Origin: Isurus oxyrinchus
Taxonomy: Eukaryota
DNA length: 64,000 nt
Assembly: GCA_026770705.1 (NCBI GenBank)
Contig: JANJGN010000102.1
Span: 372,001-436,000 of the forward strand
Direction: 5' to 3'
The position numbers and the translations under genes are program-made. This document shows positions 1 through 10,599 of this stretch, piece by piece. The notes below the pieces were generated by a model, which did no database searches, had not been told where the DNA came from, and saw only the letters and a list, made by a program, of their open reading frames with translations. Position 1 is the first letter of the stretch. Each line of letters opens with the position of its first letter.

Positions 1-1111
1 GGGCCAAATGGCCTCCTTCTGTACTGTCACTATTCAGTGATTCCCTGATAATGCAGACTTCGGTGGAGGGCTGGAACGGATTTGGGGGAGGGGGGTGTCA
101 GGGGCGCTTGGTAGGTGCTGCGAAAAGATTCCGCATGAAACGCTGGTCAGAGTAGCTCATGGACAGCCCCCATGCGGCAACCAAAGGGGAGGCCATTCAG
201 CCCCTCGAGGCTGTTCCAACATTCAATCAGATCATTGACCACATTCCAAATGACACTCCAACTCAACAAAACTCTATCGATCCAAGTCTTAACTATTTCA
301 ATTGACCCGCCATCTAATTGGGAAACAGTGCCCACGTGTTCTGGATTCCTCTGCCAAGGGGAACAGTTCCTCTGCATCCACCCCCTCCCCAGCTGGTGTC
401 GCCTTCCTTAAGGAGGTCTGTGGGTAACATCCCTGCCTCTGAGCCGGAAGCCACCGGTTCAAGTCCCACTCCAGGACCTGATGATTCGTAACGCAGTCAA
501 ACAGGTTGAGTATCAACTTATAATTCCTTCCAACACACGCACCACTTAGAGTGGGAGAGATTCCTGGTCATTCATGTGGAGGAAGGAAATTAGCGCCTCT
601 GACTGCCACTATCCATACCTCTGCACTACAACATGCAGGTAACCCAGCCCTTCAGAGGGCTGGACTGCTGCTCTGGATCTGACTGGTGCAAACAGCACAG
701 TGCCAGATCCCTGTCCTGGCTGGGGTGGATTTGTGAGCTGTCCCTATCCACAATGGAGATCAGGGCACAGTGGGTCAGACAGCAAACTAGAGAAGGTAGC
801 CTTCATGAGGGTGCAGTGCCCCAAGCTGAGCAGTTACTTCAATTGGGAAGTCTGAGCAAGGCCCTTATTGGCCTGAACTACCACATCTTCCCCTTTATAA
901 CTTAGCACCCCTGCGATAAAGACTTTCTTTCAGCTTTGCCTGCTGCTTTCTGTACACGTTCACAGCTTGTAATCTTCTGCTTCACTTGAGTCCTCATGGT
1001 CATTCCCAAGCGAAGGCACTGAGAGGCCATTACAGGGGTGGTAGGGGTGGGAGACAGACTCTCCTCTCCTTTAATAACTGGCAAATTGCGGACGACATAC
1101 CATGCACTCAC

Positions 1112-1141
1112 CTTATACCGTGTCCTTTGTCAAGCCATCTC
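1112..1141 (-). pseudogene. WB cytoplasmic exon 3, GDGLTKDTV*, followed by a probable 3'UTR exon starting at 1018
   Basis: gttttgttctgtcttccag| ... TAA G|gtgagt, 30 nt; next acceptor ctctcag| at 1018. Confidence 0.6.
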
Positions 1142-1569
1142 CTGGAAGACAGAACAAAACTAAAGTCAGCGTGTGGACCGGGGTTTTGAGCTGGTACATT
1201 CTCAAACTGCTTACACCTCTACAGCGAGATCTCTGCTAACCAGTGTAATAGGGCTTGGCTAATGTTGGGCAAGCTGCTGGGCACTGGTCCTGCCCCGTAC
1301 TGTGTGGGCAATCCACTCACAGTGCAATTGTGACAAGTACAGAGGCTGAATCTGAATGTTCACGGACTGCAAGAGATGGGTGTCACTGCAGTCCTACAAG
1401 GAGAAGATGCCTTGACTAAGCTCAGCTGTTCTGCAAAACTGCCAATGTTTCAATTGACAGCAAGTATAGAGTACTTGAGAGATTCCACGGAGGCCTGGGG
1501 TGGATTAATCCAAAAGCTCTTTCTCACTCCTTCAATCGCAAACCCTTAACTTTCTGACCCAGAAGAGGC

Positions 1570-2360
1570 AACATTTACTGCCCATCCCTAGTTGCCCCTT
1601 GAGAAGATGGTGGTGAGCCACCTTCTTGAACCTCAGCAGTCTGTACGGTGTAGGTACACCGATGGTGCTGTTCGGGAGGGAGTTCCTGGATTTTGACCAA
1701 GTGACAGTGAAGAAATGGCTGATGTATTTCCAAGACAGGATGGTGAGTGACTTAGAGGGGAGATTCCAGGTGCTGGCGTTCCCATGTGTCTGCTGCCCTT
1801 GTCCTTCTAGATGGTAGCAGTTGTGGGTTTTGAATGTGCTGTCGAAGGAGCCTTGGCGAGTTCCTGCAGTGCATCTTAGAGATGGTACACGCTGCTGCTA
1901 CTGTGCGTCGGTGGTGGAGGGAGTGAATGTTTATGGATGTGGTGCCAATCAAGTGGGGCTGCTTTGTCCTGGATGGTTTCGAGCTTCTTGAGTGTTGTGG
2001 GAGCTGCACTCATCCAGGCAAGTGGGGAGTATTCCATCACACCCCTGTCTTGTGCCTTGTAGATGGTGGACAGGCTTTGGGGAGTCAGGAGGTGAGTTAC
2101 ACGCCACAGAATTCTCAGCCTCTGACCTGCTCTTGTAACCACAGTATTTATATGGCTAGTCCAGTTCAGTTTCTGGTCAACGGTAACCCCCAGGATGTTG
2201 ATAGTGGGGGATTCAGTGATGGTAATGCCATTGCTGCATTTGGACATGGACTCTTTTAGCATTTGGGGAGTTGGTAAACAATCATCAGCGAACATCGCCA
2301 ATCTGACCTTGTGATGGAGGGAAGGTCTTCAGTGAAGCAGCTGAAGACGTTTTGGCCGAG
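1570..2360 (-). mobile_element. LINE 3' fragment of the MEYSPLAW family; other copies near 12370, 21920, 35700, 41900, 52010 and 56790
   Basis: FADD...ILGVTVDQKLNW...MEYSPLAWMSAAPTTLKKL. Confidence 0.85.
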
Positions 2361-2449
2361 AACAGAATAGGACATGATGGAGTCCATCTTTCTGTGCCTA
2401 AGGCCTCCAACCTGCACTACATCTAGTCTATTGAGCATTGCTGGAAAGG

Positions 2450-3050
2450 TGAGATATATTGAGGGTCCGACTGATAATAATGGGTGCCCGTGCGATGCCA
2501 GGTATGTAGGTTGTATGTGCCAAGGACTGGCAGGTCATATCAAATAGCACGTCCCTTCAGCTGTTCGCAATAGGCAGAGTACTGAACGTCCTCAACCAGC
2601 TCGTGCTTGCAAAACTCAGAACATTAATGTCTAACATTAGATGTGATTCCATGATTGGAGAGCACTTACTGAACAAGCCTGAGCGTGCTAAGAATTATAC
2701 TGACAACCATTCTAAGATTACCAGTCAGACTTGCAATGTGGCTCACTTATACCTGCTAAAAGCTACATATATTCGTTCGCAGGGTCCTGTCCTCTGCAGG
2801 CAAAAGGAACATGTCCAGGTATTGCGGCTTTTGTTCAATTGAACAAAGGTGTGGCGGACAATAGTTCCCTGGCAATGCCTCAACCTATCAGAGATATCTG
2901 CCAACCACTCAGCACTCTTTTCTTATGCAGTATAAATTGTTGTTCCCTCTGAAATTTGGCATTCTTGCGTCTGTCATGATGAGTGCATGACAAAAAGCTT
3001 CAATAGCCTCTCTCTTTTTTTCAGCTATACTCAAGTTCTGTACTACAAAG
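2450..3050 (+). mobile_element. Degenerate Penelope-like fragment (second family); related copy at about 22905-23400
   Basis: IGEHLLN...LLKATYI...PVLCRQK C-terminus of a GIY-YIG domain; shared 3' tail. Confidence 0.7.
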
Positions 3051-3216
3051 TGACTAAGGAGACAAGTAACGGAGCTTGTTTTATAAATGTACATGCCGTT
3101 CCCTTTCTGAATGCCAGATAGATGCTGCCCTCACGCAGAGCACAATGCACAGAGGCCACAGCATGAGCCAGGCTTTTGACTATCTTGTTCCCAGGCACCG
3201 GGGGTGGGGCCATTAC

Positions 3217-3306
3217 CTGAAGTTGCACTGGAGGCTGAGGTGTTCGAATGCATGCTGGTCTGAGTGCGGTTCGACTTCCGCTGCTGTTGATTTTTCCAGA
3301 AAAGCA
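3217..3306 (-). pseudogene. WB cytoplasmic exon 2, VLFWKNQQQRKSNRTQTSMHSNTSASSATS
   Basis: cttccctacag| ... G|gtaatg, 90 nt phase 1-1; 112-nt intron from exon 1. Confidence 0.7.
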
Positions 3307-3418
3307 CTGTAGGGAAGCAAGAGTGACCAAGAGCTTTTGTGAATATAAGTGAGGTTCTCGCCATGTCGATGCCCGCGGTCATTTCTTTTTTTGTGTGTGT
3401 TTGTGTATTTACACTTAC

Positions 3419-3448
3419 CTTTTAGTCCAGGGATTCGGGGTTGGTAGC
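3419..3448 (-). pseudogene. WB cytoplasmic exon 1, GYQPRIPGLK
   Basis: tttccctttcag| ... G|gtaagt, 30 nt phase 1-1. Confidence 0.75.
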
Positions 3449-5136
3449 CTGAAAGGGAAATAAATCAGGGTTGAAATCTTGACAAGTGAATGGAACGGCC
3501 AGTTAGAAGTTAGAAACGGGGGCAGGGGTAGGCCATTTGGCCCCTCAAGCCTGCTCCATCATTTAACAAGATCATGACTGATCTTCTACCTCCACGCTAC
3601 TTCTCGGACCTGTCTCCAAATCCTTTAATTCCCTCAATGTCCAAAAATCCATCGACCTTATTACGAACTCAGGACTCTATGTATTAAATTGTCGCTTTTA
3701 ATTCAAGGTGAAGTTGATTTTCCTGGAGAGGGGGTTGTTGATCATCCTAAACTCCGCCCGGAGACAGGCCCTTGTGATCCATCGCCAAAACCTATGGATA
3801 ATGAGGCGGCAATTTTGACACAAAGGAGGGACAGCTGGTTTTCTGTGCATAGACATAGAGACCAGGAAAGAGAGACAGGAACTGCTGTGAAAAGCAGAGT
3901 TAAAGACTGACTTTTATGTTAGTCACCACAATCTGCTGGTAAGCACTGGCTCTCTGTACAAAGAGAGGGCACATGGCCTTTATTGAAAGAAGGTTGGATT
4001 ATAAAAGTAGGGAAATCTTGCTACAACTGAACAGGGCATTGGTGAGATCACACCTGGGATACTGCGTACAGCGTTGGTCTCCTTACTTAAGGACGGATAC
4101 ACTCACATTGGAAGCCGTTCAGAGAAAATTCACTCGGCTGATTCCTGGGATGAAGGGGTTTGTCTTATAGGGAAAGGTTGAGCAGGTTGGGCCTCTACCC
4201 ATTGGAGCTTAGAAGAATAAGAAGTGAAAACATTGACAATTCTGAGGTGAGAAGCTTGACGAGGTGGATGCTAAGATGTTTCCCCCTCGTGGGGGAATCT
4301 GGAACTGCTGGCGGAGGTCACAGTTTCAGAATAAGGGGTCTCCCATTGAAGGCGGAGATAAGAAGGAATTTCTTCTCTCAGATGGTCGTTCATCTCTCCC
4401 CCAGAGAGGAGTGGAGGCTGGCTCACTGAATATGTTCAAAGCCGAGTTAGACAGATTTTTGATCGACAAGGGAGTCGAGGGTTATGGAGAGGGGACAGAC
4501 AGGAAAGTGGAGTTGAGGCCACAATCAGATCAGTCAGGGTTATCCTAGGAACCAGCCGAGAGAACCTTCACTGAACTGCTTCTCATGCAGTGATATCCAT
4601 TCTTATGTAAGGAGATCACAACTGCTCTCAGTGCTCCAGGTGCATTCTAACTAAGGCACAGGACAGCTCTATAAAGATTTCTCTACTCTGATACTCCATC
4701 CCCCTCGTAATAAAGGCCAACATTCCATTTGCCTTCCCAACCACTTGCTGCATCTACGTACCAACATTTTGTGGCCGAATTAGTTTCAGTCAGAGAAGAT
4801 CCTTCCGGATTTTCTCCCCCCAGTTAGCCTGGGTTTGTAACCTGGCTCCTCACCTCTCCCAGGTGATGAGGTGTCTGTCAGGTGCAGAGGTGACTGCAGA
4901 TCCTGGGATGCACAAGCATCAGTGGGGCGGGCTGGATGTGACACGCCCATTCCAGGAAAATCCTTTTTTTAGGGTTTTGTGGAGATCCTCGAGTCTCAGG
5001 TAGTTTGCAATTCGCGGGAAAGCAGGAAGGTGCTGGGAACGACCTTGGACCTCAGAGTTGGCACAGGCAGGAACATCAATGTTCCAGTGCCCTTGGAAAA
5101 GAGCAGAATGATTTCAGCAGCCATGAGGCCCCGTAC

Positions 5137-5247
5137 CTTGACGTTTCATTCGAAAAACAGCTCCAGTTACGGCAGTCAGGATGCCACTAATTCCGAACAA
5201 TATTCCAACAATGGCCGCAGCAGACAGTGAGCTCTTACGTTGGGGGT
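5137..5247 (-). pseudogene. WB TM exon of the minus-strand copy, DPQRKSSLSAAAIVGILFGISGILTAVTGAVFRMKRQ
   Basis: Long pyrimidine tract, 111 nt phase 1-1, donor G|gtacgg; Gly-patterned class II-like TM with a basic stop-transfer. Confidence 0.82.
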
Positions 5248-5763
5248 CTTCCAAAAAGCCAAGGACACAAAGGGCAGAAAGATCGAAAAGTGAATGAAAA
5301 TAAAACAGAAAATGTCATCCACTTCAGCACAACGAAATTCCACTTTCCAATCACTGTTTCTGCACAACTTTCCGATTGTCCAGTCAGTGCTTTTCCAGGA
5401 TAAACCATTGCGCAATCCTGACCCCATCAAACACTCCCAGGACAGGTACAGCATGGGATTAGATACAGATTAAAGCTCCCCCTACATTGTCCCCATCAAA
5501 CACTCTCTGGACAGGTACAGCACGGGGTTAGATACAGAGTAAAGCTCCCTCTACACTGTCCCCATCAAACACTCCCAGGACAGATACAGCACGGGGTTAG
5601 ATACAGAGTAAAGCTCCCTCTACACTGTCCCCATCAAACACTCCCAGGACAGATACAGCACGGGGTTAGATACAGAGTAAAGCTCCCTCTACACTGTCCC
5701 CATCAAACACTCCCAGGACAGGTACAGCACGGGGTTAGATACAGAGTAAAGCTCCCTCTACAC

Positions 5764-8572
5764 CAAAGCTTCCTCTAGGACCCTCCACCCCAGCCTGTCC
5801 CTCCGTCCCCACCCCATCTTCCAATCCCAGCCCCAGCCGTGTATTCACTATACCCCCTGACCTTCCCCTCTCCGATGCTGAACGTTCAGTGCTCAGCAAA
5901 GGACTTAGTTTCATACCCTTACGCCCTCACCTCAATGAATTTCGGGCTCGGCATGATACTGAACTCTTCTTTCGCCGTCTTCGTCTCCGGGCTCACTTCT
6001 TTGGGCAGGAGTCCTCTCCCAGTTCAACGGATCCTTTTACCCATCTCCAATATTCTCCCTCCACCTGGACCCCTCCCTCTGGATTCTTACCTTCTCTTGA
6101 TCTTTTCATTGAGAACTGTCGGCGCGACATTAGTCGTCTCAATTTCTCTGCTCCTCTCACCCATTCTAACCTGTCTCTCTCTGAACTTACTGCACTCCAT
6201 TCTCTCAGGTCCAACCCTGACATTGTCATCAAACCCGCTGACAAGGGTGGTGCTGTTGTTGTCTGGCGCACTGACCTCTACCTCGCGGAGGCTGAGCGTC
6301 AACTCGCAGACACTTCCTCCTACCTCTCCCTGGACCATGACCCCACCACTGAACATCAAGCCATTGTTTCCAGGACTGTCACTGACCTCATCTCCTCTGG
6401 GGATCTCCCTCCCACAGCTTCCAACCTGATAGTCGCCCAACCTCGGACGGCCCGCTTCTATCTCCTACCTAAAATCCACAAACAGAACTGCCCCGGTAGA
6501 CCGATCGTCTCAGCTTGCTCCTGCCCCACAGAACTCATTTCTCGTTATCTTGACTCCCTTCTCTCTCCCCTTGTCCAATCCCTTCCCACCTACATCCGTG
6601 ATTCCTCTGACACCTTACGTCACATCAACAATTTCCAGTTCCCTGGCTCCAACCGCTTCCTCTTCACCATGGACGTCCAATCCCTCTACACCTCCATCCC
6701 CCACCAGGATGGTCTGAGGGCCCTTAGCTTCTTCCTCGAACAGAGGCCCGAACAATCCCCATCCACCACTACTCTCCTCCGTCTGGCTGAACTTGTTCTC
6801 ACGTTGAACAATTTCTCCTTCAACTCCTCTCACTTTCTCCAAATAAAAGGTGTGGCTATGGGTACCCGCATGGGCCCCAGCTATGCCTGTCTCTTTATGG
6901 GATATGTGGAACATTCCTTGTTGCAGTCCTACCCCGGCCCCCTTCCACAACTTTTTCTCCGGTACATCGATGATTACTTCGGTGCCGCTTCGTGCTCTCG
7001 TCGGGACTTGGAAAAATTTATTAATTTTGCTTCCAATCTCCACCCTTCCATCATTTTCACGTGGTCCATCTCTGACACTTCCCTTCCCTTCCTTGACCTC
7101 TCTGTCTCAATCTCTGGTGATAGACTGTCCACTAATATCCATTACAAACCCACCGACTCCCACAGCTACCTCGACTACAGCTCCTCACACCCCGCTTCCT
7201 GTAAGGACTCCATCCCATTCTCCCAGTTCCTTCGCCTTCGTCGCATCTGTTCCGATGATGCTACCTTCAAAAACGGTTCCTCTGACATGTCCTCCTTCTT
7301 CCTTAACCGAGGTTTTCCACCGACGGTCGTTGACAGGGCCCTCAACCGTGTCCGGCCCATCTCCCGCGCATCCGCCCTCACGCCTTCTCCTCCCTCCCAG
7401 AAACATGATAGGGTCCCCCTTGTCCTCACTTATCACCCCACCAGCCTCCGCATTCAAAGGATCATCCTCCGCCATTTCCGCCAACTCCAGCATGATGACA
7501 CCACCAAACACATCTTCCCTTCACCCCCCTTATCGGCATTCCGTAGGGATCGCTCCCTCCGGGACACCCTGGTCCACTCCTCCATCACCCCCTACTCCTC
7601 AACCCCCTCCTATGGCACCACCCCATGCCCACGCAAAAGATGTAACACCTGCCCCTTCACTTCCTCTCCTCACCGTCCAAGGGCCCAAACACTCCTTTCA
7701 AGTGAAGCAGCATTTCACTTGCATTTCCCCCAACTTAGTCTACTGCATTCGTTGCTCCCAATGTGGTCTCCTCTACATTGGAGAGACCAAACGTAAACTG
7801 GGCGACCGCTTTGCAGAACACCTGCGGTCTGTCCGCAAGAATGACCCAAACCTCCCTGTCGCTTGCCATTTTAACACTCCACCCTGCTCTCTTGCCCACA
7901 TGTCTGTCCTTGGCTTACTGCATTGTTCCAGTGAAGCCCAACGCAAACTGGAGGAACAACACCTCATCTTCCTACTAGGCACCTTACAGCCTTCCGGTCT
8001 GAATATTGAATTCAATAACTTTAGGTCGTGAGCTCCCTCCCCCATCCCCACCCCCTTTCTGTTTCCCCCTTTTTTTTCCCCCTTTTTTTTCCCTATAAAT
8101 TTTATAGATTTTTCTTTTCCCACCTATTTCCATTATTTTTAAATATTTTAAAATCTTTTATGCTCCCCCCACCCCCACTAGAGCTGTACCTTGAGTGCCC
8201 TACCATCCATTCTTAATTAGCACATTCGTTTAGATAATATCACCAACTTTAACTTTAACACCTATGTGTTCTTTTGTCCCATTGTCACTGACATCTTTTG
8301 ATGATCTGCTTCTATCACAGCTTGTTTGTCTACACAAGCACCTCTGTCTCTCTCTCTCTCTCCGCCACCCCCCCCCCGCCCGCCCCACACACCTTAAACC
8401 AGCTTATATTTCAACTCTTTCCTGGACTCGAAATCAAGTTCTGTCGAAGGGTCATGAAGACTCGAAACGTCAACTCTTTTCTTCTCCGCCGATGCTGCCA
8501 GACCTGCTGAGTTTTTCCAGGTAATTCTGTTTTTGTTTTGGATTTCCAGCATCCGCAGTTTCCTTTGTTTTA
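5764..8572 (+). mobile_element. Penelope-like retroelement (RT plus GIY-YIG endonuclease), 5'-truncated, one frameshift near 7660
   Basis: ORF 5889-7796 with KPADKG, LPKIHK, GVAMG and YIDD; overlapping frame ending 8031 with VYCIRC...YIGET...HF; inserted in the 69-bp satellite with cctctacac on both sides. Confidence 0.95.
8437..8475 (+). ncRNA. Minimal type I hammerhead ribozyme-like motif in the Penelope 3' repeat
   Basis: agtt-CTGTCGA-agggtc/gactc-GAAACGTC-aact; core is a variant of CUGAnGA; Penelope-like elements are known to carry minimal hammerheads. Confidence 0.6.
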
Positions 8573-8833
8573 CCTCTACACTGTCCCCATCAAACACTCC
8601 CAGGACAAGTACAGCACCGGGTTAGATACAGTGTAAAGCTCCCTCTGCATTGTCCCCATCAAACACTCCCAGGACAGGTACAGCACGGGGTTAGATACAG
8701 AGTAAAGCTGTGTTTACACCTTCACCCAGGGTTGATTGGTCAGTTTATGAGGCATTGTTTGTCTCCCACCCTCTTTTACTGGACACATCGAGCCTATTAC
8801 TTAATGCATGTATCGAGGGTGATCAGGACCTAC

Positions 8834-9104
8834 CCCAGTTGGTGCGGTGTCCATCTGGAAAAGTGACATGCTCCACAAAGCACGTGTACATGTCCGCTGT
8901 CTTGGGGTCAATGTTGATGAATGCAGCCGTCTGGAAGGCCTTCTCACTGTTGGGAAGGATCTGAGTCTGTACCACTTGCTCGTCAATGTTCCCATCATTT
9001 TTTAGCCAGGGCGCTTGGATCGAAGCCGGCGACTGTACACTGAAGTTGGCTGGAATGGTCAAAGTCTTCCAGATCGTAGAAGGAGATGGTCACTGAAGGG
9101 GACG
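8834..9104 (-). pseudogene. Second WB beta2 Ig C1 exon, frameshifted
   Basis: tctcag| ASPSVTIS...QLQCTVAGFDPSA / WLKNDG...ILPNSEKAFQT...YTCFVEHVTF...W G|gtaggt. 271 nt between phase-1 sites, consistent with an ~11-nt deletion before WLKN. Confidence 0.88.
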
Positions 9105-9247
9105 CTGAGAATGGACAGGGTTATTTTCAATTCAGCACTCCCTCTCACACCTGCTCCCAATATTTCCTCCAAGCCCGTCTCCCACTCTCACTGGGCTACT
9201 GCCTCCAAGGACAGTGACTGTTCTCTGCTACTTACCTTCATTAGGAA

Positions 9248-9845
9248 CACAGGAACATGAGGAGGCCCATTCAGCCCCTCCTCGAGCTTGTAACACAAGA
9301 ACAGGAGGAGGCCCATTCAGACCCTCCTCAAGCCTGTTACACAGGAACCAGAGGAGGCCCATTCAGCCCCTCGAGCCTATTACACAGGAACAGGACAAGG
9401 CTCATTCAGTCCGTCATGAAGCCTGTTGCACAGGAACAGGAGGAGACCCATTCACCCCCTCCTTAAGCCTGTTACACAGGAACGGGGGAAGCCATTCAGC
9501 CTCCATTTCGAGCCTGTTACACAGGAACAGGAGGAGGCCATTCAGCCCCTCTCGAGTCTGTTATACAGGAACAGGATGTGGCCATTCTGCCACCTCTTGA
9601 GTCTGTTACACAGGAACAGGAAGAGTCCAGCCCCCTTCTCGAGCCTGTTACACAGGAACAGGAGGAGGCCATTCAGCCCCTTTCGAGTCTGTTATACAGG
9701 AACAGGAGGTGGCCATTCTGCCACCTCTTGAGTCTGTTACACATGAACAGGAAGAGTCCAGCCCCCTTCTCGAGCCTGTTACACAGGAACAGGAGGAGGC
9801 TATTCAGACCCCTCTTGAGCCTCTAACACAGTAACAAAAAAGAGG
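9248..9845 (+). repeat. ~43-bp minisatellite derived from an inverted CR1 3' end; also at 15395-15715 and 54120-54320
   Basis: Unit acaggaacaggaggaggccattcagcccctctcgagcctgttac. Confidence 0.9.
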
Positions 9846-10344
9846 CCATTCTGCATCCTCATGCCTATTGCGCCATTCAATGAGGTCATAGCTCTTCTGT
9901 GACCTAACTTCACATACCCGCCTTCGCCTCATATCCCTTAACACCTCTGGCTTGAAAAAAATCTCTCAATCTCTCTTTTAGAATTAAGAATCGGTGCAGC
10001 ATTAAATCGCCATTTATGAGAGAGTCCCAAGCTCTCTATCACACTTTACGAGTGGAATTCCCAGGTCTAGAGACACGTGAGGCAGTCAAAGCACAAGCTT
10101 CGGTCGGTTTCCATAGCCAGTTTCTCCTGCAACAGGTTGCAGGAGGCTATAGCTCGAGGACTGCCTCTCCACATCAAGCACTCCTCACCAGGAGACCCTC
10201 GTGCCTGCCAAAGGCATAGTGGAAGGATTGACAGGTCATTAATCAACTAGCCTGGCCTTGTTATTGTTTATTGCAAGGGGAATTGAATACAAAAGGAGGG
10301 AGGTTATGCTTCAGTTGTGCAGGGCACTGGGGAGACCACACCTT

Positions 10345-10599
10345 GAGATCTTGCTGTGCACGGCACCACTGTCACATCGGTTGAGGGTAGCAGTGTTCGC
10401 TGCCGAAGGAATCAAGCTGTGTGCGAGTGAGAGGCACGCTGAGCCTGATGAGCAGGCGGTGGGAGGAGGACGGGGAAGTGTGGGAGGGCACGTGTCTCTG
10501 CGCGCTGTTTAGGGAGCTTCTCCCAACTGTCGCACGTCTTATTGCTTCCTCGCAGACGCTGAGGAGCATGACAGTGACACTTCCGTCAGCCTTAGCCAA
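10345..10599 (-). pseudogene. Degenerate paralog of the WA terminal exon/3'UTR
   Basis: Reverse-complement homolog of 34755-35000 with acceptor ttttttttgccag|; indels break the frame. Confidence 0.55.
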
